Part shown: positions 26,401-38,200 of the stretch, piece after piece
Numbering within the stretch: position 1 is the stretch's first letter
How the letters are laid out: every line of letters begins with the position of its first letter
Made by a program: the position numbers and the translations under genes
The notes under the pieces: generated by a model
Database searches by the model: none
Seen by the model: the letters and a program-made list of their open reading frames with translations, nothing else
What the model was told of the DNA's origin: nothing
Source of the DNA: Isurus oxyrinchus
Taxonomy: Eukaryota
Direction: 5' to 3'
Assembly (NCBI GenBank): GCA_026770705.1
Contig: JANJGN010000016.1
Coordinates: forward strand, 87,048,001 to 87,112,000
Length of the DNA stretch: 64,000 nucleotides

Positions 26401-28126
26401 TGTGATGCCGTGGGTGAGGGGGTGAGTGATGCCATGGGTGGTAGGCTGGGTGATTCTGGGAGTGAGTGGGTGGGTGATGCTGGGCTGGGTGTTTGAGTGA
26501 TGCCGGTGGTGAGGGTGTGGGTGATGCCAGGGGTGGGGGTACGGGTGATGCCTGGGGTGGGGGTTGGTGGGTGATGCCAGGAGTGTGTGGGGCTGGTGGT
26601 TTGGGGTGTTTGGTGAAGCCAGTGGTGAGGCAGTGTGTGATGTTTGGGGTGGGGGTGGTGGGTGTTGCCTGGGGTGGGGGGTGAGTGATACTGGAGGAGG
26701 GTGATGCCATTGGTTGGGGGGGTTGGTGATGCCAGAGTTGGGGGTGTCGGTGATGCCAGGGGTACGGGGAATGGTGATGCCGGGTATTGGGGGTGTGTGT
26801 ATTGCCAGTGTTGAGGGGTTTGCTGATGCTGGGGGTGTGGGGGTGGGTGATGCCAGGGGTGGTTGGGTGTGTGATGCCAGGGGTGATGGGTTGGGTGATA
26901 CCAGGTATGGGGGCGGTGGGTAATGTCGTGTTTGGTTGATGGCAGGGTTGGCGGGATGGGTGTTGCAAGCAGTGAAGGGGTGTTTGATGCCGGGGGTGGT
27001 GGGGTGTGAGATGCCATGGGTGGTAGGCTGGGTGATTCTGGGAGTAAGGGGGTGGGTGATGCCAGGCTGGGGGATTGAGTTACGCCGGTGGTGAGGGTGT
27101 GGGTGATGCCGGGGGTTGGAGTGGGGTGGTGATGCAGGGGCTGGGGGTGCGGGTGATGCCGTGGGGGGGAAATGGGGGATACAGGTGTTGGGGGGTGTGG
27201 TGGTGTCGGGGGTGAGAGGGTGGGTGATGCCAGTGGTTGGGGGGATGTGATGCCAGGGGTGTGGGGATGGGTTATGCTGGGTGTGAGGGTGTGGGTGATG
27301 CCGGGGATTGGAGTGGGGTGATGATGCAGGGGGTGAGGTTTTGGGTGATGCCAGGGGTGAGGGGGTGTGTGTTGCCGAGTATGGGAGGGTGGGTATTGTC
27401 GGGGGTGCGGGGTTGGGTGCTGCCGGCGGTGAAGTGCAGGGTGATGCCGGGGGTGATGTGGTGTGTGATTCCGGGACTGACGGAGTGGGTGATGCCAGTC
27501 TGGGGGTTTGAATGATGCCAGGGGTGAGGGTGTGGGTGATGCCGGGTTTGTGGGTGGGGTTTGTAAGTGATGCCGGGGGTGGTGATGTGGGTGAATCCGG
27601 GGATGGGGGGCTGGGTGATGCTAGGGGTGGGGGAGTGGGTAATGCCAGTGGAGGGGGTGAGGGTGGTGCCGGTGGTTGGGGTTGGGTGATGGCCTGGGTG
27701 GGGACCTGGATAATGCCATGGGTGGGGAGCTAGGTGACACCAGGTGTGGGGGGGGTGCTGGGTGATGCCGAGGGTGGTGCGGTGGGTGATGACGGGAGTG
27801 GGGTGTTTGGGTGATGCCAGTGTTGGGGGTGTGGGTGTTGCTGGGGGTGAGGGTGTGGGTGAAGCCAGGGGTGGGGATGGTGGGTGATGCCCAGGATAGG
27901 GGGTGTGTGTGATGCCGGAGTGGGTGATACCAGGGTTGGTGGGGTGGCTGATGCTGGGGGTGGGGCTGAGGGAACCGTGGGTTGGGGTTGGGTGATGCCA
28001 GGGGTGAGGGAGTTGTTAATGCTGGAAGTCGGGGAGTGGGTGATACCGGGCATGAGTTGGTGTGTGATGCCGGTGTAGAGGGTGTGGGTGATGCTGGGTG
28101 TGGGGGAATAGTTGAGACCGGTGTTG
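2408..28126 (+). repeat. Giant degenerate G-rich tandem array, ~24-bp unit (consensus approx. GGGTGATGCCGGGGGTGRGGGGGT), left arm
   Basis: The core TGATG recurs every ~16-26 bp (e.g. 2432, 2457, 2481, 2506). It translates as 8-aa repeats WVMPGVGG / VGDAGGEG, and G greatly exceeds C on the + strand. Confidence 0.96.
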
Positions 28127-29206
28127 CCCTTGTCCTCATTTATCACCCCACCAGCCTCCGCATTCAAAGGATCATCCTCCGCCATTTCCGCCAACTCCAG
28201 CATGATGCCACCACCAAACACATTTTCCCTTCACCCCCACTATCGGCATTCCGTAGGGATCGCTCCCTCAGGGACACCCTGGTCCACTCCTCCATCACCC
28301 CCTACTCCTCAACCCCCTCCTATGGCACCACCCCATGCCCACGCAAAAGATGCAACACCTGCCCCTTCACTTCCTCTCTCCTCACCGTCCAAGGGCCCAA
28401 ACACTCCTTTCAAGTGAAGCAGCATTTCACTTGCATTTCCCCCCAACTTAGTCTACTGCATTCGTTGCTCCCTATGTGGTCTCCTCTACACTGGAGAGAC
28501 CAAACGTAAACTGGGCGACCGCTTTGTAGAACACCTGCGGTCTGTCCGCAAGAATGACCCAAACCTCCCTGTCGCTTGCCAGTTTAACACTCCACCCTGC
28601 TCTCTTGCCCATATGTCTGTCCTTGGCTTACTGCATTGTTCCAGTGAAGCCCAACGCAAACTGGAGGAACAACACCTCATCTTCCGACTAGGCACCTTAC
28701 AGCCTTCCGGACTGAATATTGAATTCAACAACTTTAGGTCGTGAGCTCCCTCCCCCATCCCCACCCCCTTTCTGTTTCCCCCTTCCTTTTTTTTCCAATA
28801 AATTATAAAGATTTTCCTTTTCCCACCTATTTCCATTATAAAAAAAACACCCCCATTAGAGCTGTACCTTGAGTGCCCTACCATCCATTCTTAATTAGCA
28901 CATTCGTTTAGATAATATCACCAACTTTAACTTTAACACCTATGTGTTCTATTGTACCATTGTCGCTGACATCTTTTGATGATCTGCTTCTATCACTGCT
29001 TGTTTGTCTACACAACCACCTCTCTCTCTCTCTATCTCTCCGCCCCCCACACACACACCTTAAACCAGCTTATATTTCAACTCTTTCTTGGATTTGAACT
29101 CAAGTTCTGTTGAAGGGTCATGAGGACTCGAAACGTCAACTCTTTTCTTCTCCGCCGATGCTGCCAGACCTGCTGAGTTTTTCCAGGTAATTCTGTTTTT
29201 GTTTTG
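28127..29206 (+). mobile_element. 5'-truncated Penelope-like element (GIY-YIG endonuclease region plus 3' UTR), inserted in the G-rich array
   Basis: Translation LVLIYHPTSLRIQRIILRHFRQLQHDATTKHIFPSPPLSAFRRDRSLRDTLVHS...CPRKRCNTC...FTCISP / NLVYCIRCSLCGLLYTGETKRKLGDRFVEHLRSV...KLEEQHLIFRLGTLQPSGLNIEFNNFRS* (stop 28742-28744). One +1 frameshift lies in the C6 run at 28439-28444. The 3' end reads gatgctgccagacctgctgagtttttccagg...tgtttttgttttg. Confidence 0.92.
29103..29141 (+). ncRNA. Minimal type I hammerhead ribozyme motif (variant core CUGUUGA) in the PLE 3' region
   Basis: Stem I agtt/aact; core CTGTTGA 29107-29113; extra A; stem II gggtc/gactc with loop atgag; GAAA 29130-29133; palindromic ACGT stem III; predicted cleavage after C29137 (GUC). 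Confidence 0.72.
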
Positions 29207-32200
29207 TGAGAAGGTGGGTGTTGCCGGGGTTGGGGTTGATAGGTGATGCAAGGGGTAGGGGGGGTGGTTGATGCCAGGGGTCGGCAATGCCACGGTTGAG
29301 TTTGGCTGATGCTGGTGATGCGGGCGTGGGTGATGCTGGGAGTGGGGGAGTTGGTGATGCCGGTGGCATGGGGTGTTTGGTGAAGCCAGGGGTGAGGAGA
29401 TGTGTGATGTTGGGGGTGGGGGTGTTGGGTGCTGCATGGGGTGAGGGGGTGGGTCGTGCCGGGGTTGGATGGCTGTTTGATGTCAGGGATGGGGACGTTG
29501 GTTGAAGCCTGGGGTGACGCGGTGGGTGATGCCGGGGGTAAGGGGGTGGGTGATGGCGGCTATGGGCGGGTGGGTAATGCCAGTGGTGTGGGGTTGGGTG
29601 ATGCTGGGGGTGTAGGTGTGGTGATGCCAGGGGTGGGGGTTTGGGTGACGCCAGGGTTCAGGGGGTCGGTGATGCCGGGGGTGGAGGGGTTGGTTGATGC
29701 CAGTGGTGGGGGTGTGGATGATGCCAAGTGTGAAGGTTTGTGTGATGCCTGGGTGGGGGTTTGAGTGATGCCGTGGGTGGGGGTGTGGATGGGTGATGCC
29801 GGTGTTGGGGGGGCGGTGGTTGATGCCGGGGATGGAGGGGGGTGGTTGATGCTGGGGTTGTGGGCATGGGTGATGCATGGGTTAGGGGGGTGGGTGATGC
29901 CGGGGATGGGATGGTGGGTGATGCCGGGTGTGGGGGAATAGGTGATGCTGTGGGTGGGGGGTGGGTGATGGTGGAGGTGGGGGAGCGGGTAATGCCAGAG
30001 GTGGGCGTATGGGTGATGCCGGTGTTTGTGGTTGGGTGATGCTGGGGGAGGGGGACTGGATAATGCCGTGAGTGGGGGGCTAGGTGATGCCAGGTGTGGG
30101 GGCTGGGTGATGCCGGGGGTGGGGGGTTGGGTGATGCCGGGAGTGGGGTGTGTGGGTGATGCCAGTGTTAGGGGTGTGCGTGATGCTGGAGGTGTGTGGT
30201 GTTGGGGGTGGGGGTGGTGGGTGTTGCCTGGTGTGGGGGGTGGGTGATGCTGGGGGTGGGTGATGCCGTTGTTTGAGGGAGTTGGTAATGCCAGAGTTGG
30301 GGGGGGGTGTGCGATGCCAGGGGTGGGGTTAGTGGTGATGGCGGCTATGGGCGGGTGGGTATTGCTGGTGGTGTGGGGCTGGTTGATGCTGGGGGTGTAG
30401 GTGTGGTGATGCTCGGGGTGGTGGGGTGTGTGATTCCGAGGTTGATGGGGTGGGTGATACCAGGTATGGGGGGGTGGGCAATGTCGGGGGTGGGTGATGG
30501 CAGGGTTGGGGGTGTGGGTGTTGCTGGGCTTCTGGCCATAGGTGATGCATGGTTTAGGGGGGTGGGTGATGCCGGGGATGGGATGATGGGTGATGCCGGG
30601 GGCGGGGGAATAGGTGATGCTGTGGGTGGGGGGTGGGAGATGCCGGGAGTGGGGTGTGTGGTTGATGCCAGTGTTGGGGGTGTGGGTGATGCTGGGGGTG
30701 TGGGGTGGTGGGTGATGCCGGGAATGGGGGAGTGGGTGATGCCGGGGGTGGTGGTTTGTTTGGTGTAGCCAGTGGTGAGGAGGTGTGTGATGTTGGGGGT
30801 GGGGGTGGTGGGTGTTGCCTGGTGTGGGGGGTGGGTGATGCTGGGGTGGGTGATGCCGTTGTTTGAGGGGGTTGGTGATGCCAGAGGTGGGCGGGTGTGC
30901 AATGCCGGGGGTGGGGGTAGTGGTGATGGCGGGTATGGGGGAGTGGCTAATGCTGGTGTTCTGTGGTTGGGTGATGCTGGGGTTGATGGGGTGGGTGATA
31001 GCAGGTATGGGGGGATGGGTAATGTCGGGGGTGTGAGTGTTGCTGGCAGTGAAGTGGTGGGTGATGCTGGGGCCGGGGATGGTGGGTGATGCCAGGGATG
31101 AGGAGTTGGGTGCTGCTGGGATTGAAGGGGTAGATGATGCCGGGGGTGGTGGGGAGTGTGATGCCAGGTGGTGAGGGGGTGAGTGATGCCATGGGTGGTA
31201 GGCTGGGTGATTCTGGGAGTGAGTGGGTGGGTGATGCCGGGCTGGGTGTTTGAGTGATGCCGGTGGTGAGGGTGTGGGTGATGCCGGGGGTGGGGGTACG
31301 GGTGATGTCAGGGGTGAGGTTGTGTGTGATGCCGGGAGTGGGGTGTGTGGGTGATGCCAGTATTGGGGGTGTGGGTGATGCTGGGGGTGTGGGGTGGTGG
31401 GTGATGCCAGGAGTGTGTGAGGCTGGTGGCTTGGGGTGTTTGGTGAAGCCAGTGGTGAGGCAGTGTGTGATGTTTGGGGTGGGGGTGGTGGGTGTTGCCT
31501 GGGGTGGGGGGTGGGTGATACTGGGGGAGGGTGATGCCATTGGTTGGGGGGGTTGGTGATGCCAGAGTTGGGGGTGTTGGTGATGCTGGGGGTATGGGGA
31601 ATGGTGATGTTGGGTATTGGGGCGGTGTGTAATGCCAGTGTTGAGGGGTTTGCTGATGCTGTGGGTGTGGGGGTGGGTGATGCCGGTGGTGGTTGGGTGG
31701 GTGATGCCAGGGGTGATGGGTTGGGTGATACCAGGTATGGGGACGGTGGGTAATGTCGGGTTTGGTTGAAGGCAGGGTTGGGGGGATGGATGTTGCAAGC
31801 AGTGAAGGGATGTTTGATGCCGGGGGTGGTGGGGAGTGTGATGCCGGGGGTGGGGGTGGGGGTGCAGGTAATGCCAGGGGTGAGGGGGTGTGCGTTGCCG
31901 GGTATGGGGGGATGGGTGTTGTCGGGGGTAAGGTGTTGGTTCCTGCCGGCGAAGTGCTGGGTGATGCCAGGTTTGATGTGGAGTGTGATTCCAGGAGTGA
32001 GGGAATGGGTGATGCCGGGAGTGGGGTGTGTGGGTGATGCCAGGGGTAGGGGGTTGGGTGATGCCGGGGTTGGGTGATGCCAGGGTTGGGAGGGTTGGCT
32101 GATGCTGGGGTTGGGGGTTAGGGAACCATGGGTGGGAGTTGGATGATGCCAAGGGGTGATGGAGTTGTTAATGCCGGAAGTGGGGGTGTGGGTAATGCCG

Positions 32201-35200
32201 GTGGTTGGGGTTGGGTGATGCCGTGGGTGGTGCGCTGGGTGATGCCGGGAGTGGGGTGTGTCGGTGATGCCTGGGGTAGGGGGGGTGGGTGATGCCAGGG
32301 GTGGGTGATGCCAGGGTTGGGGGGTGTGGCTGATGGTGGGGGTGGGGTTGGGGGTGAGGGAACCATGGGTAGGGATTGGCTGATGCCAAGGGGTGATGGA
32401 GTTGTTAATGCCGGAAGTGGGGGTGTGGGTAATGTCGGGGATAGGGGAGCGGGTGATACCGGGCGTGAGGGGGTGGGTGATGCTGGATTAGGGGTTGTGG
32501 GTGATGCCAAATGTGGGGAAATAGGTGAGGCTGAGTGTTGGGGGGTGGGTGATGCCGGGGGTGAGGGGGTGGGTGATGCTTGGCGTAGGGTGTTGGTGAT
32601 GCCTGGGGTGCAGGGGGTGGGTGTGCCAGGGGTGGGGCAATGCCGAGGGTGGGGGTAGTGGTGATGGCAGGTATGGGAGAGTGGGTAATGCCGGTGTTGT
32701 GTGGTTGGGTGATGCTGGGGGTGGGGGTGATACCTGAGGTGGGGGGAGTGGTGATGTCGGGTATTGGGAGGGTGTGTAATGCCGGTATTGAGGGGCTGGC
32801 TGATGTTGTGGTTATGGGGGAGGGTGATGCTGGGGGTGGTGGGGTGTGTGATGCCGGGGTGATAGGGTGGGTGATACCAGGTATGGGGGGGTTGGGTAAT
32901 GAAAGGGGAGGGTGATGGCAGGGTTGGGGGGGTGGGTGTTGCTGAAGGTGTGTGATGTTGGGGGTGGGGGTGGTGGTTGTTGCCTGGTGTGGGGTGTGGG
33001 TGATGCTGGGGGTGGGTGATGCCGTTGTTTGAGGGGGTTGGTAATGCCAGAGTTGGGTGTGGGTGGGCAATGCCGGGTGTGGAGGTAGTGTTGATGGCGG
33101 CTATGGGCGGGTGGGTAATGCCGGTTGTGTGGGGTTGTGTGATGCTGGGGGTGGGGCAAAAGGTAATGCCAGGGGTGGTGTGGGTGGGTGTTGCCGGGGG
33201 TGAGAAGGTGGCTGTTGCCGGGGTTGGGGTTGATAGGTGATGCCGGGGGTAGGGGAGGTGGGTGACGCCGGGGGTCGACAATGCCACGGTTGGGTTTGGC
33301 TGATGCTGGTGATGGGGGCGTGGGAGATGCCGGAAGTGGGGGAGTAGTTGATGCATGGGGTGTTTGTTGAAGCCAGGGGTGAGGAGATGTGTGATGTTGG
33401 GGGTGGGTGTGTTGGGTGCTGCATGGGGTGAAGGGGTGGGTCGTGCCGTTGTTGGATGGGTGTTTGATGTCAGGGTTGGGGGGGTTGGGTGATGCCTGGG
33501 GTGACGCGGTGGGTGATGCCGGGGTTTTGGGGGTGGGTGATGGCTGGGGTAGGGGGGTGGATGTTGCCGAGGTTGGGGGGGTGGGTAAGACCGGTGGTGG
33601 GGGTGTTGGTGATGCCCGATGTGGGGAGGTGAGTGATGCCGGGGTTGGGGGAGTGGGTGATGCTGGGCGTGGGGGTTTGGGTGATGCCAGGGTTGAGTGG
33701 GTCGGTGATGCTCGGGGGGTGGAGGGTTTGGGTGATGCCAGTGGTGGGGGTATGGGTGATGCCAAGTGTGAAGTTTTGTGTGATGCCGGGGTGGGGGATG
33801 AGTGATGCCAGGGGTGAGGGTTTGGGTGATGCCGTGGCTGGGGGTGTGGATGGGTGATGCCGGTGGTGGGGGGTGGGGGGGCGGTGGTTGATGCCGGGGA
33901 TGGGGGAGGTTGTTGATGCTGGGGTTGTGGGCATGGGTGATGCATGGGTTAGAGGGGTGGGTGATGCCGGGGATGGGATGGTGGGTGACGCCGGGTGTGG
34001 GGGTATAGGTGATGCTGTGGGTGGGGGGTGGGTAATGGTGGGGGTGGGAGAGCGGGTAATGCCAGAGGTGGGCGTATGGGTGATGCCGGTGTTTGTGGTT
34101 GGGTGATGCTGGGGGCGGGGGACTGGATAATGCCATGGGTGGGGGGCTAGGTGATGCCAGGTGTGGGGGCTGGGTGATGCCGGGGGTGGGGGGTTGGGTG
34201 ATGCCGGGAGTGGGGTGTGTGGGTGATGCCAGTGTTGGGGGTTTGGGTGATGCTGAAGGTGTGTGATGTTGGGGGTGGGGCTGGTGGGTGTTGCCTGGTG
34301 TGGGGGGTGGGTGATGCTGGGGGTGGGTGATGCCGTTGTTTGAGGGGGTTGGTAATGCCAGAGTTGGGTGTGGGTGGGCGATGCCGGGTGTGGAGGTAGT
34401 GTTGATGACGGCTATGGGCGGGTGGGTAATGCCGGTTGTGTGGGGTTGTGTGATGCTGGGGGTGTAGGTGTGGATGATGCCGGGGGTGGTGAGGTGTGTG
34501 ATACCGAGGTTAATGGGGTGGGTGATATCAGGTATGGGGGGATGGGCAATGTCGGGGGTGGGTGATGGCAGGGTTGGGGGTGTGGGTGTTGCTTGGCTTG
34601 TGGCCATGCGTGATGCATGGTTTAGGGGGGTGGGTGATGCCGGGGATGGGATGGTGGGTGATGCCGGGGTCGGGGGAATAGGTGATGCTGTGGGTGGGGG
34701 GTTGGGAGATGACGGGGGTGAGGGGATTTTTGATGTCAGGGATGGGGGGCTGGGTGATGCTGTGGGTGGGGGAGCGGGTAATGCCAGAGCTGCGGGTATG
34801 GCTGATGCCGGTGGTTGGGTTTGGTGATGCCGGGGAGGGCGACTGGATAATGCCGTGGGTGGGGGGCTAGGTGATGCCAGTTGTGGGGGCTGGGTGATGC
34901 CAGCGGTGGGAGGGTGGGTGATGCCGGGAATGGGGTGTGTGGTTGATGCCAGTGTTGGGAGTGTGGGTGATGCTGGGGGTGTAGGGTGGTGGGTGATGCG
35001 AGGAGTGGGTGAGTGGCTGATTCCGGTGGTGTAGGTTGTTTGGTGTAGCCAGTGGTGAGGAGGTGTGTGATGCTGGGGGTGGGGGTGGTGGGTGTTGCCT
35101 GGGGGAGGGTGATGTCGTTGTTTGAGGGGTTTGGTGATGCCAGAGGTGGGCGGGTGTGCAATGCCTGGGTGGGGGTAGTGGTGATGGCGGGTATGGGAGA

Positions 35201-38200
35201 GTGGGTAATGCCGGTGTTGTGTGGTCGGGTGATGCTGGGGTTGAGGGTGAGGGAACCATGGGTGGGGGTTGGTTGATGCCAAGGGGTGATGGAGTTGTTA
35301 ATGCCGGAAGTGGGGGTGTGGGTGATGCCGGTGATTGGGGTTGGGTGATGCCGTGGGTGGTGGCCTGGATAATGCCATGGGTGTGGGGCTAGGTGTTGCC
35401 GGGTGTGGGGAGGGGGTGGGTGATGTCGAAGGTGGTGCGGTGTGTGATGCCAGGAGTGGGATGTGTGGGTGATGCCCGGGGTAGGGGGGTGTGGGTGAGG
35501 CCAGGGGTGGGTGATGCTGGGGGTGGGGGTGAGGGAACCATGGGTGGGGGTTGGTTGATGCCAAGGGGTGATGGATTTGTTAATGCCGGAAGTGGGAGTG
35601 TGGATGATGCCGGGCGTGACGGGGTGGGTGATGCCGGATAAGGTGGTGTGGGTGACGCCAGATGTGAGGGAATAGGTGAGGCTGAGTGTTGGGGGGTGGG
35701 TGATGCCAGGGGTGAGGGGGTGGGTGATTTTGGTGTTGTGGGCATGGGTGATGCTTGGCCTAGGGGATGGGTGATGCCGGGGTGGGGGCGTGGTTGATGC
35801 CGAGGGTGGGGGTGTTGGTGATGCTGGGGGTGGTGGGTGAGGGACCCGTGGGGGGAGATTGTGTGGTGCCGGAGGTGATGGAGTGGGTAATGCCGGAAGT
35901 GGGGCTGTGGGTGATGCCGGGCGTGAGGGGGTGCGTGGTGCCAGGAGTGGGTGTGGAGTTGGGGGTTTTGGGTGATGCCGGTGGTGGTAGGTTGGGCGAT
36001 GCCAGTGTTGCGGGTGTGGGTGTTGCTGGGGGTGTTGCCGTGGTTGGGATTGATAGGCGATGCCGGGGGAAGAGGGTGGTGGGTGATGCCGGGGGTCGGC
36101 GATGCCACGGTTGGGTTTGGCTGATGCTGGGGATGGGGGCGTGGGTGATGCCGGGAGTGGGGGAGTTGGTGATGCTGGGCGTGGGGGGGAGTTTGATGCC
36201 AGGGATGGGGGGCTGGGTGATGCCGGGGGTGGGAGAGCGGTTAATACCAGAGGTGAGGGTGTGGGTGATGCTGGTGGTTGGGGTTGGGTGATGCCGGAGG
36301 AGGGGGCCTGGTTAATGCCGTGGGTGGGGTGCTAGGTGATGCCGGGGGTGAGGGGGTGGGTGATGCCGATGGGGTGGGGTGTTTGGCGAAGCCAGTGGTG
36401 AGGAAGTCTGTGATGTTGGGGGTGGGGGTGGTGGGTGTTGCCTGGGGTGGGGGGCTGTGTGATACTGGAGGTGGGTGATGCCATTGGTTGGGGGGGGGTT
36501 ACTGATGCCAGAGGCTGGGGGGTTGGTGATACCTGAGGTGGGGGGAGTGGTGATGTCGGGTATTGAGGGGCTGGCTGATGTTGTGGTTATGGAGGAGGGT
36601 GATGCTGGGGGTGGTGGGGTGTGTGATGCCGGGGTGATAGGGTGGGTGATACCAGGTATGGGGGGGTTGGGTAATGAAAGGGGAGGGTGATGGCAGGGTT
36701 GGGGGGGTGGGTGTTGCTGACAGTGAAGGGGTGGGTGATGCTGGGAGTGGGGGTGCTGGGTGATGCTGGGTGTGAGGGGTTGGGTGCTGCCGGGGGTAGT
36801 GGTGCGGTTGGGTGATTACGGGGGTGGGGGAACTGTGGTTGATGCAGGGGATGGTGGGGGGGGGTGATACCGGGGGTGGAGGTGTTGGTTTATGCCGGGT
36901 TTGGGTGTGTGGGTGATGCCGGGGGTGGGGGTGGGGGTGGGGGTGTGAATGATGCTGGTGGTTCGGGTGCTGGGTGATGCCGGGGGTGGGCGGATGGGTG
37001 TTGCCGGGGATGAATGGGTGGTTGATGTCGGGGAGGGGGGTGGATGGGTAAAGCCAGGGATAAATGGGGGGCGATGCCGGGGGTAAGAGGGTGGGTGATG
37101 CATGGAGGAGGGGGGTGGATGATGCCAGGGTTGGGGAGTTGGGTGATGCCGGGTGTGGCGGGGTTGGATGGTGCCGGGGTTGTGGGCATGGGTGATGCCT
37201 GGGGTAAGGGGGTGGGTGATGCTGGGGGTGGGGGTGGGGGAAGAGGTGATGCCGGGTGTGGGGAGGGGGGTTGGGTGATGCCAGTGGTGAGGGGTTGAAT
37301 GATGCCGGTGTTGTGGGTGTGGGTGATGCCTGGGGTAGGGGGGTGGGTGATGCCGGAGATGGGGGGGTGTGTAATGCCGGTGTTGATGGGGTGGGTGATA
37401 GCAGGTATGGGGGGAATGGGTAATGTCGGGTTGTAAGGGTGTTGCTGGCAGTGAAGGGGTGGGTGATGCTGGGGGCAGGGGTGGTGGGTGATGCCGGGGA
37501 TGAGGGGTTGGGTGCTGCCGGGATTGAAAGAGTGTGTGATGCTGTGGGTGATGGGGAGTGTGATGTCGGGGATGAGGAGGTGAGTGATGCCATGGGTGGT
37601 AGGCTGGGTGATTCTGGGAGTGAGGGGGTGGGTGATGCCGGGCTGGGTGTTTGAGTGATGCCGGTGGTGAGGGTGTGGGTGATGCCGGGGTTGGGGCTAT
37701 GGGTGATGCCAGGGGTGGGGGTATGGGTGATGCCGGGGTTGCGGGGTGTGATGGTGTCGGGGGTGAGAGGGTGCGTAATGCAGTTGTTGGGAGGATGTGA
37801 TGCCGAGAGTGGGGTGTGTGGGTGATGCCAGTATTGGGGGTTTGGGTGAAGCTGGGGGTGGGGGGTGGTGGGTGATGCCAGAAGTGTGTAAGGCCGGTGG
37901 TTTGGGGTGTTTGGTGAAGCCAGTGGTGAGGCAGTGTGTGATGTTTGAGGTAGGGGTGGTGGGTGTTGCCTGGGGTGGGGTTGGGTGATACTGGGGGACA
38001 GTGATGCCATTGGTTGGGGGGGTTGGTGATGCCAGAGTTGGGGGTGTCGGTGATGCCGGGGGTACGGGGAATGGTGATGCCGGGTATTGGGGGGGTGTGT
38101 AATGCCGGTGTTGAGGGTTTGGCTGATGCTGGGGGTGTGGGGGTGGGTGATGCCGGGGGTGGTTGTGTGTGTGATGCCAGGGGTGATGGGTTGGGTGATA

